In this document: piece by piece, positions 26,731 to 36,002 of the stretch
Layout of the letters: the number at the start of each line of letters is the position of its first letter
Position numbering within the stretch: the stretch's first letter is position 1
Assembly (NCBI GenBank): GCA_022508205.1
Contig: JAFLVQ010000002.1
Coordinates: 1 to 48,907, forward strand
Source: Spirochaetales bacterium
GTDB taxonomy: Bacteria > Spirochaetota > GWE2-31-10
Reading direction: 5' to 3'
Length of the DNA: 48,907 nucleotides
Program-made: the position numbers and the translations under genes
The notes under the pieces: generated by a model
The model's input: only the letters and a program-made list of their open reading frames with translations
What the model was told of the DNA's origin: nothing
Databases searched by the model: none

Positions 26731-29700
26731 ATGGAATGGAAAGATGCAGAAAAGTCGATAAATTTTCCCGATGCAGAAAAAGAAATCATCGAAAAATGGG
26801 AAAAAGACAGCACATTTGAAAAAAGTCTTGCGCGCAATAAAGGACGCAGACAATTCGTAATTTATGATGGACCTCCGTTTGCAACCGGACTGCCGCATTA
26901 TGGGCACATTTTACCTGGAACAATCAAAGATATTGTACCACGCTATCAAACAATGAAAGGTCAGTATGTTCCTCGCCGATGGGGATGGGACTGCCATGGA
27001 CTGCCGGTTGAAAATCTTATAGAAAAAGAACTTAATCTTAACAGCAAGAAAGAAATTCTTGCTTATGGTGAAGATAAATTCAATGAAGCCTGCCGTGCGA
27101 GTGTACTTAAATATGCCAATGAGTGGGAAAAATCAGTTACAAGAATGGGACGTTGGGTAGAATTCAAAGGTTCCTATAAAACGATGGATGCCGATTTCAT
27201 GGAAACAATCTGGTGGGTGTTCAAAACATTATGGGAAAAAGGTCTTATCTATGAAGGTTTTAAAATTCTGCCTTACTGTTGCCGCTGTACGACTCCGCTT
27301 TCTAATTTTGAAACAAATCAAGGGTATAAAGATGTTCAGGATCCGGCCGTTACCGTTGCATTTCAATTAAAAGAGCAGTCCGATACATACATTTTGGCAT
27401 GGACGACGACGCCTTGGACATTGCCTTCAAATACCGGCCTGGCAGTAGGCGAAGATATTGACTACATCAAAGTAGAAGATGACGGAAAATATTACATAAT
27501 GGCGGAAGTTCTTGCGAATCGCTACTACAAAAACCCGAACGAACTTAAAATTGCTGCAAAAATGAAAGGATCGGAACTTGTCGGTCTGCATTATATTCCG
27601 TTGTTTCCGTATTTTACAGCTTTGGAAAATGAAGGAGCTTTTCGCGTAGTTATAGGTCACCATGTAACAGTGGAATCGGGAACCGGTATTGTTCATATTG
27701 CGCCGGGATTCGGGGAGGACGATGCCGAAATCGGGCGCAAAGAAGGACTTCCGGCTCTTTGTCCGATTGACGCGGAAGGAAAATTCACCGCCGAAGTTAC
27801 GGACTATCAAGGTGAATACGTAAAATCTTTGGATAAAACAATTATTAAAAGATTAAAAGAAGAAGGCAAACTTATCAAACAGGAAACGTATCAGCACTCA
27901 TATCCTCATTGTTGGAGATGTGAGCAGCCGTTAATTTACAAGGCTGTGTCAAGCTGGTTTGTAAGTATCGATAAAATAAAAGAAACGATGATTGCTGCCA
28001 ATCAGAAAGTAAATTGGGTTCCCGAACATATCAAAAACGGACGATTCGGCAAATGGCTGGAGGGCGCACGGGACTGGGCTATCAGCCGTAACCGTTACTG
28101 GGGCTCTCCTATTCCCGTGTGGAAGTGTCCCGACTGCGGCGAAGTAATCTGTGTCGGAAGTATCGATGAGCTTTATCAATTATCCGGCGTAAAACTTGAC
28201 GATCTGCACAAGCATTTTGTGGATAAAATAACATTCCCATGCAAAAAATGCGGAGCGAAAATGCAGCGTGTAGATGAAGTTCTCGATTGCTGGTTTGAAT
28301 CTGGTTCTATGCCTTACGCGCAAAAGCATTATCCGTTTGAAAATAAAGAAGCGTTTGATGCTACATTTCCGGCAGATTTTATTGCCGAAGGTTTGGATCA
28401 AACAAGAGGCTGGTTTTATACATTGACAGTTTTGGGTGCGGCATTATTCGGTCAAAGTCCTATGAAAAATGTTGTGGTAAATGGACTTGTGCTGGCAGAA
28501 GACGGTCGGAAAATGTCAAAACGACTGAAAAATTATCCCGAAGTAGATTATATTTTCAATAAATACGGAGCAGATGCACTGCGTTTGTTCCTGATGAATT
28601 CAGCTGCAATTAAGGCCGGTGAGTTATTATTCAGTGAAAAAGGCGTTGAAGATGTAATCAAGCGTTACCACCTGCCACTGTGGAATACGTATTCGTTTTT
28701 TGTAACTTATGCAAAGGTAGACAACTGGGCTCCGGAAAATCAGGATAATAATTATAAAAATCCGCTTGATATTTGGCTGCAAAGTTATACGGAAAAATTG
28801 GCGGCAGATTGTGACAAAGCTTTGGGTGAGTATGATTTCCAAACTGCGGTACGTTCTCTGTATGATTATATCGACAATCTTACAAACTGGTATGTTCGCC
28901 GTTCCCGCCGCAGATTTTGGAAATCCGAAGACGATAACGATAAAAAACAAGCATATACAGCGTTATACAATGCGTTGATTACGTTCTGCAAAGCTGCGGC
29001 TCCTATTGCACCGTTCCTCTCCGAAAAAATTTACGGTGCTCTGCGAACCGAGAATATGAGCGAATCGGTGCATTTATGCGATTACCCGACAGGCGATGCT
29101 TCCAAGCGTGATTTAACTATAGAACGGGAAATGGAACTTGTTCAGCGAGTCGTGGAAATGGGGCGTTCTTTGCGCGCGAAAGTAGGTATTAACTTGCGAA
29201 AACCTTTGAATGCGGTTTATATAATTACCAGAAATCAAGACGAAATGGACTTGATGAGAAAAATGGAAAGTATTGTAAAAGAAGAGCTGAATGTCAAAAA
29301 TGTAGTGTATGAAACAGAAGAGGAAAAACTTGTTTCATTGTCATGCAAGGCTAATTTCCGTGTGCTTGGTAAAAAAGCCGGCAAGAGTATGAAAGCTGTA
29401 GCTGCGGTTATTGCCGGATTCGGAGCAAAAGAAGCCGCAATGATTGAAAACGGTACTTCGGTAACAGTGAATGTTGACGGCAATACATTTGAACTGACTG
29501 CGGAAGATGTTATTATCGACAGAAAAGAAAAAGAAGGGCTTACCGTGCAGAACGAAGGCACTTTGACGATTGCACTCGATACAAAACTTACGCAGGAACT
29601 GATTGACGAAGGAATTGCGAGAGAATTTATTCGTGCCGTTCAGAATTTGCGAAAGGAACGCGGCTTTGACGTTACGGACAGAATTAAAATTGTCTATGAA

Positions 29701-29853
29701 GCAAGTGAACGCGTGAATAATGCGGTTGATAATAATGAATCAATCATTAAAAATGAAACATTGGCTGTAGAAATTACAAAAGCGGCACCGGTGAATGTAT
29801 CGACTGCCGATGTTGATGAAGAAAATATAAAACTTGATGTTATAAAATCGTAA
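26731..29853 (+). CDS. ileS: Isoleucine--tRNA ligase, type 2 (eukaryote-like) form
   Basis: This is a 1040-aa ORF. It has the HIGH region PPFATGLPHYGHIL, a KMSKS motif (KMSKRLKN), and the WCISR-equivalent WAISRNRYWG. The N-terminal segment INFPDAEKEIIEKWEKD is typical of type 2 enzymes. Confidence 0.97.
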   Translation: MEWKDAEKSINFPDAEKEIIEKWEKDSTFEKSLARNKGRRQFVIYDGPPFATGLPHYGHILPGTIKDIVPRYQTMKGQYVPRRWGWDCHGLPVENLIEKELNLNSKKEILAYGEDKFNEACRASVLKYANEWEKSVTRMGRWVEFKGSYKTMDADFMETIWWVFKTLWEKGLIYEGFKILPYCCRCTTPLSNFETNQGYKDVQDPAVTVAFQLKEQSDTYILAWTTTPWTLPSNTGLAVGEDIDYIKVEDDGKYYIMAEVLANRYYKNPNELKIAAKMKGSELVGLHYIPLFPYFTALENEGAFRVVIGHHVTVESGTGIVHIAPGFGEDDAEIGRKEGLPALCPIDAEGKFTAEVTDYQGEYVKSLDKTIIKRLKEEGKLIKQETYQHSYPHCWRCEQPLIYKAVSSWFVSIDKIKETMIAANQKVNWVPEHIKNGRFGKWLEGARDWAISRNRYWGSPIPVWKCPDCGEVICVGSIDELYQLSGVKLDDLHKHFVDKITFPCKKCGAKMQRVDEVLDCWFESGSMPYAQKHYPFENKEAFDATFPADFIAEGLDQTRGWFYTLTVLGAALFGQSPMKNVVVNGLVLAEDGRKMSKRLKNYPEVDYIFNKYGADALRLFLMNSAAIKAGELLFSEKGVEDVIKRYHLPLWNTYSFFVTYAKVDNWAPENQDNNYKNPLDIWLQSYTEKLAADCDKALGEYDFQTAVRSLYDYIDNLTNWYVRRSRRRFWKSEDDNDKKQAYTALYNALITFCKAAAPIAPFLSEKIYGALRTENMSESVHLCDYPTGDASKRDLTIEREMELVQRVVEMGRSLRAKVGINLRKPLNAVYIITRNQDEMDLMRKMESIVKEELNVKNVVYETEEEKLVSLSCKANFRVLGKKAGKSMKAVAAVIAGFGAKEAAMIENGTSVTVNVDGNTFELTAEDVIIDRKEKEGLTVQNEGTLTIALDTKLTQELIDEGIAREFIRAVQNLRKERGFDVTDRIKIVYEASERVNNAVDNNESIIKNETLAVEITKAAPVNVSTADVDEENIKLDVIKS

Positions 29854-29923
29854 GTATTAGAAATACGTGAGGTTGTCTTGTGAAAAAATCATGAGGCAGC
29901 CTTTTTTTATTGGTAGGGCAGCA

Positions 29924-30931
29924 TCAGCTGAAACGATGTTTGATTTTCAATGCAAGCCGGTATAAACGATATTTCAATGGATTGAAAATTATGTCGTATG
30001 CCGGAAGGAACTGCGTTACACCATTGCCGAATTTCAGTTTGAAATCGGTTACACCGGCAAGTGCATCACTGCCGTTTTGGGGATCTGCTATTCCCATAAA
30101 ATCGTAATATGTGCAGCCTTTTGTTTTTCCATAGCGCAGAGCTTCCCACTGAAGTAAATACGGAGCCATTACGTTGCGTTTGTGGTTTGCAGATGCTCCG
30201 TAATAATACAAAGCCTGTTTCCCGCTGTATGTAAAAATCCCGCCGGCAATAATTTCATTCTCGTACACCGCAACCATAAAACGGGCAAACCGCAGATCCG
30301 TAATAAAAGATTTGTAGTATTCCAATCCGTTGGCATGAAAGCCGTCGCGCTGTGTAGTAATTTCCAAAAGATGATAAAATTCTTCTGTTTCTTCGGGAGT
30401 TCCTTCTCGCACAATAACACCTTTTTTTTCGGCAAGTTTGATATTATAACGTCCTTTAGGTTTCATTTGGGCAAGCAGTTCGTCATCTGTTTTGGTAATG
30501 TCAAGAATATTTGTGAATTTTGGTATTATGGGTTTTACATTGAAGTTGTGGTGCGGCATTGAGCGCAGAAAAGCCGCATCATTGTCATTGTGCGGAACAA
30601 TCCAGTCGATAAAAAAATGTATTAGCTTATTTTCCTTTGCGATTTTTTTCAGCCCGCCGATGATCGTATTGTACAGTTCGCAAGTCAGCCGGTCTTTTTT
30701 GTAAAGAATTCCGCCTTGGATATAGCCGAATTTAAAAATCGAACGATGACGTAGCTGTATGATTCCCGCAGCCATTATTTCATTGTTATCGTCGGCAGCA
30801 CCGAAATAAATGCCGCGATTTCCGTTTTTTGCCTGAAATGCAACCCAATCTTTTGTGTGCCATAAAGAACTGTAAGGATGCGAACAAAGAAATTTTTCCA
30901 ATTGCTCATTTTGTCCTTTTATAAACTGCAT
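29924..30931 (-). CDS. FemAB-family peptidoglycan interpeptide-bridge aminoacyltransferase (FemX-like)
   Basis: The ORF track runs to 31066 across the tRNA gene. The true start is ATG at 30931 (MQFIKGQNEQLEKFL...), behind GGAGG. The protein is 335 aa. The segments ...FLQSW.W-like HTKDWVAFQ, KPKGRYNIKLAEKKG and YYDFMG fit the family. Confidence 0.85.
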   Translation of the reverse strand: MQFIKGQNEQLEKFLCSHPYSSLWHTKDWVAFQAKNGNRGIYFGAADDNNEIMAAGIIQLRHRSIFKFGYIQGGILYKKDRLTCELYNTIIGGLKKIAKENKLIHFFIDWIVPHNDNDAAFLRSMPHHNFNVKPIIPKFTNILDITKTDDELLAQMKPKGRYNIKLAEKKGVIVREGTPEETEEFYHLLEITTQRDGFHANGLEYYKSFITDLRFARFMVAVYENEIIAGGIFTYSGKQALYYYGASANHKRNVMAPYLLQWEALRYGKTKGCTYYDFMGIADPQNGSDALAGVTDFKLKFGNGVTQFLPAYDIIFNPLKYRLYRLALKIKHRFS

Positions 30932-30968
30932 TTTGTGCCTCCGTTGATTTTCTGCCGCTGTACTGCAA

Positions 30969-31000
30969 ATAAAAAAAACTCCCTGTAAAAAAAGGGAGTT
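30969..31000 (-). terminator. Rho-independent terminator downstream of the tRNA gene
   Basis: The minus-strand transcript folds as AACTCCC-(10-nt loop)-GGGAGTT, followed by a run of eight T. It lies between the tRNA 3' end (31008) and the femX-like start (30931). Confidence 0.55.
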
Positions 31001-31007
31001 TTGATAG

Positions 31008-31081
31008 TAGCGATGATCGGATTTGAACCAATGACCCCCCGGATATGAGCCGGATGCTCTAACCAACTGAGCTACATCGCC
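31008..31081 (-). tRNA. tRNA with CAT anticodon (elongator Met, or Ile2 if lysidine-modified); CCA not encoded
   Basis: The cloverleaf was folded by hand. The acceptor stem is GGCGATG/CATCGCT with a G1-U72 wobble pair. The D arm is GCTC-AGTTGGTTA-GAGC. The anticodon arm is TCCGG-CTCATAT-CCGGG. The variable loop is GGGTC, the T arm is ATTGG-TTCAAAT-CCGAT, and the discriminator is A. Total length is 74 nt. Confidence 0.88.
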
Positions 31082-31120
31082 ATAAAGATGAGTCCTTATA
31101 ACAATTTTTTATTCCCGTTG

Positions 31121-31759
31121 TCAAGAAAAATCATCGCGAGACAGTGGTTTTCCTATGACTATGCCGTCTCCGCCGAGATACGTGCGGTTTTCTCCGTTGA
31201 TTAGAAATTGAACTTTTTTAATATCGGAATATTCCGTAGCGGTAAAAACAATCTGCTTTAATTGCAGCATTGCCGAATCTCTGCCGAATGAATTGATTTC
31301 AAACTCCGATGAAAAATCGAGAAATGCGGTATCACCTTCGATTTTGCAGCTTTTGAGAGTTGTATTTTCGGGAATATTGGTAATTATGTCGTGTTCCGCT
31401 TCTGCATTTGTCGGACCTGCAAGCAAAGCTTCAAGCGCAGCATTTAACGAATTTGGCGAAGAAATTTTTCTGAATGCCGCAAGCATTTTTTGTGTTCCGT
31501 CTTCCGAAATGCGGCAAAAGTACACTTTTCCGGTAATGTCGGTACTTTGTTTGGACTGCGAATTTTCCGATGCACCGAAAGTATCATTGATGATTTCCCG
31601 TTCCGTAGTTTCGGAAGCGACGTTTTTCTTTGCTTCCGGAGTTTTGCTTCCGGTGTTTCTGCACGTTTTAAGTATTACTATTCCCAAAATAATTACCACA
31701 AGCAATACTGCAAAAAAACCGATACCGCTGCGCGGATTATTTTTTTGTTCTGAAACCAT
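31121..31759 (-). CDS. GerMN-domain membrane-anchored protein
   Basis: This is a 212-aa ORF with an N-terminal TM helix GIGFFAVLLVVIILGIVIL. It then has ...ALEALLAGPT..E........IP..T.L......GDTAFLDFS.EF......DSAMLQLKQIVFTATE...IKKVQFLINGE, typical of GerM/LpqB-type GerMN domains. Confidence 0.8.
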   Translation of the reverse strand: MVSEQKNNPRSGIGFFAVLLVVIILGIVILKTCRNTGSKTPEAKKNVASETTEREIINDTFGASENSQSKQSTDITGKVYFCRISEDGTQKMLAAFRKISSPNSLNAALEALLAGPTNAEAEHDIITNIPENTTLKSCKIEGDTAFLDFSSEFEINSFGRDSAMLQLKQIVFTATEYSDIKKVQFLINGENRTYLGGDGIVIGKPLSRDDFS

Positions 31760-31863
31760 TTTTCCCTCTTTTATAAAAGTAAGGCTGCATCAAAACAGCG
31801 TCAAGTGTCAACTATTTTTCTACAGCCTTGTTAAAAAAAAAGTGTATAATTTGTTTTATAATA

Positions 31864-32643
31864 CTATTTTACGCTGAAAGTAATGTAGTCGGGATAATAC
31901 TGCTGATTTTTTCCCATATACAGTTTGTATTCTCCGGTTCCGTACTTGCATTCGACGGAAATTTCAAACGTTTTGTCATCAAGCCATTTAGGAGTCAAAA
32001 CGCCGCAGCCGGCATAATAACTTTTTCCGTCATCCAACATAAATTTTGCTTCCGAATCGGGAAATGATGCAAATACTACGAGGTTGGCCTTATCAAAACT
32101 TCCCAAAAATTCGCATTTCAGCGTTATATTTCCGCCGGCAGCCGTACTGCTTGGAACACCGGAAACAAGGCGAGCTATGGAGTCGGTCATTAATTGTGTA
32201 ACATAATGAATACCATCCGAGCTTTCGGGAGAAACTCCGATACCGGTGTAGTTTATATCAGTTGTTAAAATATTTTTTTTATGTCCGTCGGAATCCATCC
32301 AAGCATTTACAAGAGCTTCGGCAATTTCTGTTTCGTTTTTGCCTTTGCAGTAGGCGATATTTTCAAACACGCCGAAAAATAAATTAGGACATGCAAGTTT
32401 TACACGTTCTGCCGGCAGTTTGCTTTTACTTACATGCGAAAGTTTCATATTAGCCAACATATCGGCACTATGTTCGCGCGCGCAGTTTTGCAGTTGTTCG
32501 TCGGACTGCAAAGGAATTAACCCATTATCAATACGCTGCTTATTAACAAGCCGCAAAATTTCCTGTTCGATAACATTTGTATCGAGAGCGGAAATTCCAG
32601 ATACAACCGCAAAAAGTAATCCGACAAAAAACATCTTTTTCAT
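31864..32643 (-). CDS. CAP/SCP (PR-1-like, YkwD-type) domain secreted protein with extra C-terminal beta-rich domain
   Basis: This is a 259-aa ORF with a signal peptide. It has LVNKQRIDNGLIPLQSDEQLQNCAREHSADM....H......ENIAY.....AEALVNAWMDSDGHKKNIL...YTGIGV. Confidence 0.8.
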   Translation of the reverse strand: MKKMFFVGLLFAVVSGISALDTNVIEQEILRLVNKQRIDNGLIPLQSDEQLQNCAREHSADMLANMKLSHVSKSKLPAERVKLACPNLFFGVFENIAYCKGKNETEIAEALVNAWMDSDGHKKNILTTDINYTGIGVSPESSDGIHYVTQLMTDSIARLVSGVPSSTAAGGNITLKCEFLGSFDKANLVVFASFPDSEAKFMLDDGKSYYAGCGVLTPKWLDDKTFEISVECKYGTGEYKLYMGKNQQYYPDYITFSVK

Positions 32644-32789
32644 TATAAAACTCCTTTGATCTTGTTACATTTTTAATGTATCGACATTTTTTTTCTTTAT
32701 AAAAGAAGAAATATCGGATTTCTATTTTATGGACAAAAAAATCTCATTATTGTATAAGTTGGCACAATTTTTTAATCAGGAGCTTAATA

Positions 32790-33800
32790 ATGAAAAAATG
32801 TTTTATTCCGATGATTTTTTTGGTTTTGATGATTTCATGTGAAAAAAAAGAAACGCTGTATTTGTTCAATTGGGCGGAATATATTCCAACGCATATTTTC
32901 GGTCAGTTTGAACAGGAAAACAATGTTAAGTTGAAATTTGATTGGTACGATTCCAATGAAGCAATGTTTGTAAAAATTCGCTCCGGAGCGGTGGGATACG
33001 ACATCATTTTTCCGTCGGGGGACTATGTTTCCATTATGCGCAAAAGCAATATGCTGCAGCCGATTGATAAAACCAAAGTTCCCAATTTAGATCTTCTGGA
33101 TCGCAGAATTCTCGACCGTATTACATTTGATAAAAATCAGGAATACAGTGTGCCGTATATGATAAGTGTTACGGGAATTGCGGTAAATACGAATGAAGTA
33201 AAAGATTATCCTAAATCATTTGAAATTTATAATCGCAAAGATTTGGCAGGAAAAATGATTTTAATGGACAATATGCGCGAAGTGCTTGGCGCGGCATTGA
33301 TAAATCTCGGTTTTCACGCTAATTCTACAGATAAAAATGAAATTACTGCGGCAGGTGAGCTGGTGAAAAAATGGAAAGAAAATATTTTGCGTTTTGACCA
33401 AGAATCTTTTGCAAGAAGTTTTGCGCAAGGTGAAATTTTCGTAGTTCACGGTTATGCCGAAAATATTTTTCTGGAACTTGATGAACAGCAGAAGAAAACA
33501 ACGGATTTTTTCATTCCCGACGGCGGAACACTTTCCATTGACAATATGGTCATTCTGAAAGATGCGAAAAATCCGGAATTGGCGCATAAATTGATTAATT
33601 TTATTTTGCGTCCGGATATTTACGCCCAAGTTTGCGACTATTTAATGCTTCCTTCAATGAATCTCGAATCACGCAGTTTAATGCAGCAGACTCCGGTTTA
33701 TCCGATTGAAGATGTTTTATCGTGCGAAATAAAAGATGATGTAGGCGAGGCAATCGAACTGTACAACAGTGTTTGGCAGGATATAAGAATCGGCGGCTGA
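32790..33800 (+). CDS. potD: Spermidine/putrescine-type ABC transporter substrate-binding lipoprotein (PotD family)
   Basis: This is a 336-aa ORF with lipoprotein signal ...LVLMISC. The segment LYLFNWAEYIP and the overall PotD/PotF pattern fit the family. No potABC genes are adjacent. Confidence 0.8.
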   Translation: MKKCFIPMIFLVLMISCEKKETLYLFNWAEYIPTHIFGQFEQENNVKLKFDWYDSNEAMFVKIRSGAVGYDIIFPSGDYVSIMRKSNMLQPIDKTKVPNLDLLDRRILDRITFDKNQEYSVPYMISVTGIAVNTNEVKDYPKSFEIYNRKDLAGKMILMDNMREVLGAALINLGFHANSTDKNEITAAGELVKKWKENILRFDQESFARSFAQGEIFVVHGYAENIFLELDEQQKKTTDFFIPDGGTLSIDNMVILKDAKNPELAHKLINFILRPDIYAQVCDYLMLPSMNLESRSLMQQTPVYPIEDVLSCEIKDDVGEAIELYNSVWQDIRIGG

Positions 33801-33823
33801 TGTCGGTGTGATTTTTTGTAATG

Positions 33824-33870
33824 ATAAGACCTTTCGGTTAAGATTTTTCTTTCCGCAAAGGTCTTATTTT
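33824..33870 (+). terminator. Rho-independent terminator after potD
   Basis: The stem is ataagacctttcgg / ccgcaaaggtcttat with one bulge, followed by TTTT. It lies inside the 5' extension of the next ORF-track entry, which argues against that extension being coding. Confidence 0.6.
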
Positions 33871-33891
33871 ATTAGTGAAAGGAGAAAAATT

Positions 33892-35946
33892 GTGACAAAA
33901 AAAATGGAGCTTATGTCTCCTGCGGGCAATCTGAAGAGTTTTGCTGCGGCAGTGGAATCGGGTGCCGATGCGGTTTATTTGGGATATTTGAAGTTCAATG
34001 CACGCCGTCCGGCGGATAATTTCGATATTCCGATTCTTAAAAAACTTTGCGAAGAAGCGCATAAACGGGGCAAAAAGGTTTACGTCACGGTAAATATCGA
34101 TTTGAAAGATAATGAGCTTGCCGAAGCTGCGAAAGTCGTCGAAATGCTTTGCCGGATAAAAGCCGACGCATTGATAGTGAAAGATTTGGGATTGATTTAT
34201 TTGCTGAATCGCTTTTATAAAGGAAAAATCGCATTTCACGCATCAACGCAGCTTGCGATTACTTCAGCCTCAGGTGCGGTTTTTGCCGGCAAACTCGGCT
34301 TGACGCGCGCCGTCTTAGCCAGAGAATTGACCGGAGAAGAAATCAGTGTAATTTCGAGCAAAAGCGGCATAGAAACTGAGGTTTTTGTGGAAGGCTCTAT
34401 GTGTTTTTGTGTTTCCGGGCGATGTTTAATGTCGTCATGGGTCGGCGGGCGAAGCGGGAATCGCGGTGCATGTACGGCTCCGTGCAGATTGTCATGGGAA
34501 TGCGATGGGAAAAAATTTCCTTACTTTTCAATGAAAGACATGCTGCTTGTAAAACATCTCGATAAACTGAAAGCCTGCGGAGTAAATACGCTGAAAATAG
34601 AAGGCAGACTGAAAAGTCCGGGCTGGGTTGCGGCAATCACTTCGATTTACCGCAGAGCTTTGGATAATCAAAGCAGCGATGTCGAAACAGAAGAATTTCG
34701 TCGTCGTTTGGCGAATTATTCCGCACGCGAAACAGGAGAAGGGCATTTTTTCAATCACAAAAATCTTATCGGTAAAAATGAAAATTGGAGCAATTACAAT
34801 AAAATTACCGCATCTGAAATAGACTTTGATTTCGATTCCTTTCTTTTACGGAAAAAGGCTGAGATTACATCGGACGAAAAAAAGGCGCAGATTAAAATAA
34901 AAGCAGAGGAGCTTGAAGATTGTGCCGAATTGAAAATTCAGATACCGAAAAAGGGGAAAATCGGTACACTGGAAGATTTGACTGTAATGCTGGAAAAAGA
35001 GGGAATAGAAGTAAGCGTTGATGATAAAAATCGGCAAACGGCTGCACGTGAAATAAAAAATGTTGCGGATTGCGTCGCGGCAAAAATGAAATTGCTTGAG
35101 AAAAAACTCGGTGCACTGCCGAATCTTCCGGAAGAAGTAAAGAAATATGTTGATTACAAATATACGCCCTCGCATCGTCGGTTCAAACTTTCGGATGCGC
35201 CGAATAAAGCAGTGATTTTCCCGCAGCAGATACAGTTTGTGACAGAGGATAATTTTTCGGGATTGGAAATTGTCAATGTGTGTGTAACTTCGCAGATAAC
35301 TCACGATGAGTTTGACGAGATTGCAGAGCTTGCGAAAAAATACGATGTTATAATTTCATTTCCGCCGGTAATTTATGAAACGGAAGAAAAGGCTTATATT
35401 CCGTTGATTGAGCGTTTTTGTGCATTGGGAATTTGCAATTTTCAGGCAGACAGTTTTTCAATGCTTGAAATACTTTCAGGGAATCGGCAATGTAATATAT
35501 ACGGAGGGTTTTGGCTTTCGGTGTTAAACAGAAAATCTGCCGAGTTACTGTATAGTGCAGGCTGCAAATCGGTATATGCTTCCGTTGAAGCAGATGAATT
35601 TGTGATGGAAACTTTGGATAATACCGTTTGCGGTAAGCTCGAAGCGTTGGTTTTTGCCAGATTGCCATTGTTTATTTCGAGAGTTGAGGATAAGGAGTTT
35701 ACGGACGGGGCAATTTTTACCGATAACATCGGAACAAAAATAGAATGCAGACAGCTTGACAACGTTTCATATTTTTTCAGCAAAGAAGTGTATTCACTTA
35801 CGGGCGATGCGGTAACTAAAAAGGAAATACGCTTTGACGGATTGACTGCCGATTTGAGGTTTGCGGATATTGCGATATGGAAAAAACTGCATGAAGGGCA
35901 GGCTGTCGGCGGTAATACTTTTAATTTTGCGCGGAAATTAGTTTAG
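33892..35946 (+). CDS. Peptidase U32 family protein, long form (~684 aa) with C-terminal extension
   Basis: The U32 core is MELMSPAGNLKSFAAAVESGADAVYLG...EVFVEGSMCFCVSGRCLMSSW...RSGNRGACTAPCR. The start was chosen at GTG 33892, 7 nt after GGAG. ATG at 33904 is an alternative, and the ORF track starts at 33808. Confidence 0.85.
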   Translation: MTKKMELMSPAGNLKSFAAAVESGADAVYLGYLKFNARRPADNFDIPILKKLCEEAHKRGKKVYVTVNIDLKDNELAEAAKVVEMLCRIKADALIVKDLGLIYLLNRFYKGKIAFHASTQLAITSASGAVFAGKLGLTRAVLARELTGEEISVISSKSGIETEVFVEGSMCFCVSGRCLMSSWVGGRSGNRGACTAPCRLSWECDGKKFPYFSMKDMLLVKHLDKLKACGVNTLKIEGRLKSPGWVAAITSIYRRALDNQSSDVETEEFRRRLANYSARETGEGHFFNHKNLIGKNENWSNYNKITASEIDFDFDSFLLRKKAEITSDEKKAQIKIKAEELEDCAELKIQIPKKGKIGTLEDLTVMLEKEGIEVSVDDKNRQTAAREIKNVADCVAAKMKLLEKKLGALPNLPEEVKKYVDYKYTPSHRRFKLSDAPNKAVIFPQQIQFVTEDNFSGLEIVNVCVTSQITHDEFDEIAELAKKYDVIISFPPVIYETEEKAYIPLIERFCALGICNFQADSFSMLEILSGNRQCNIYGGFWLSVLNRKSAELLYSAGCKSVYASVEADEFVMETLDNTVCGKLEALVFARLPLFISRVEDKEFTDGAIFTDNIGTKIECRQLDNVSYFFSKEVYSLTGDAVTKKEIRFDGLTADLRFADIAIWKKLHEGQAVGGNTFNFARKLV

Positions 35947-35960
35947 CTGCGGAGGTAAAT

Positions 35961-35992
35961 AAAAAAAAGCTGCCCTTAGGACAGCTTTTTTG
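35961..35992. terminator. Bidirectional rho-independent terminator between convergent U32 and amylase genes
   Basis: The stem is aaaagctg(c)cc-tta-gg(a)cagctttt, flanked by an A-run on the left and a T-run on the right. Confidence 0.6.
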
Positions 35993-36002
35993 TAATCGGT
36001 AA

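Noticed and set aside
29854-29923. A terminator between the convergent ileS and femX-like genes (…gaggcagccttttttt).
   Set aside because: Only a 3-bp ggc-a-gcc hairpin precedes the T-run, and I could not find a convincing stem. It is left unannotated.
30932-31066. The 45-codon N-terminal extension of the femX-like ORF in the supplied track (MVRASGSYPGGHWFKSDHRYYQ...).
   Set aside because: It is a read-through of the reverse complement of the tRNA(CAT) gene and its terminator, and it starts at TTG without an SD. A GGAGG-ATG at 30931 gives a normal Fem-family N-terminus.
32755-32775. A sigma54-like -24 element TGGCAC upstream of potD.
   Set aside because: The expected -12 TTGC element is absent; the sequence after 5 nt is TTTA. 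No enhancer-binding protein gene is nearby.
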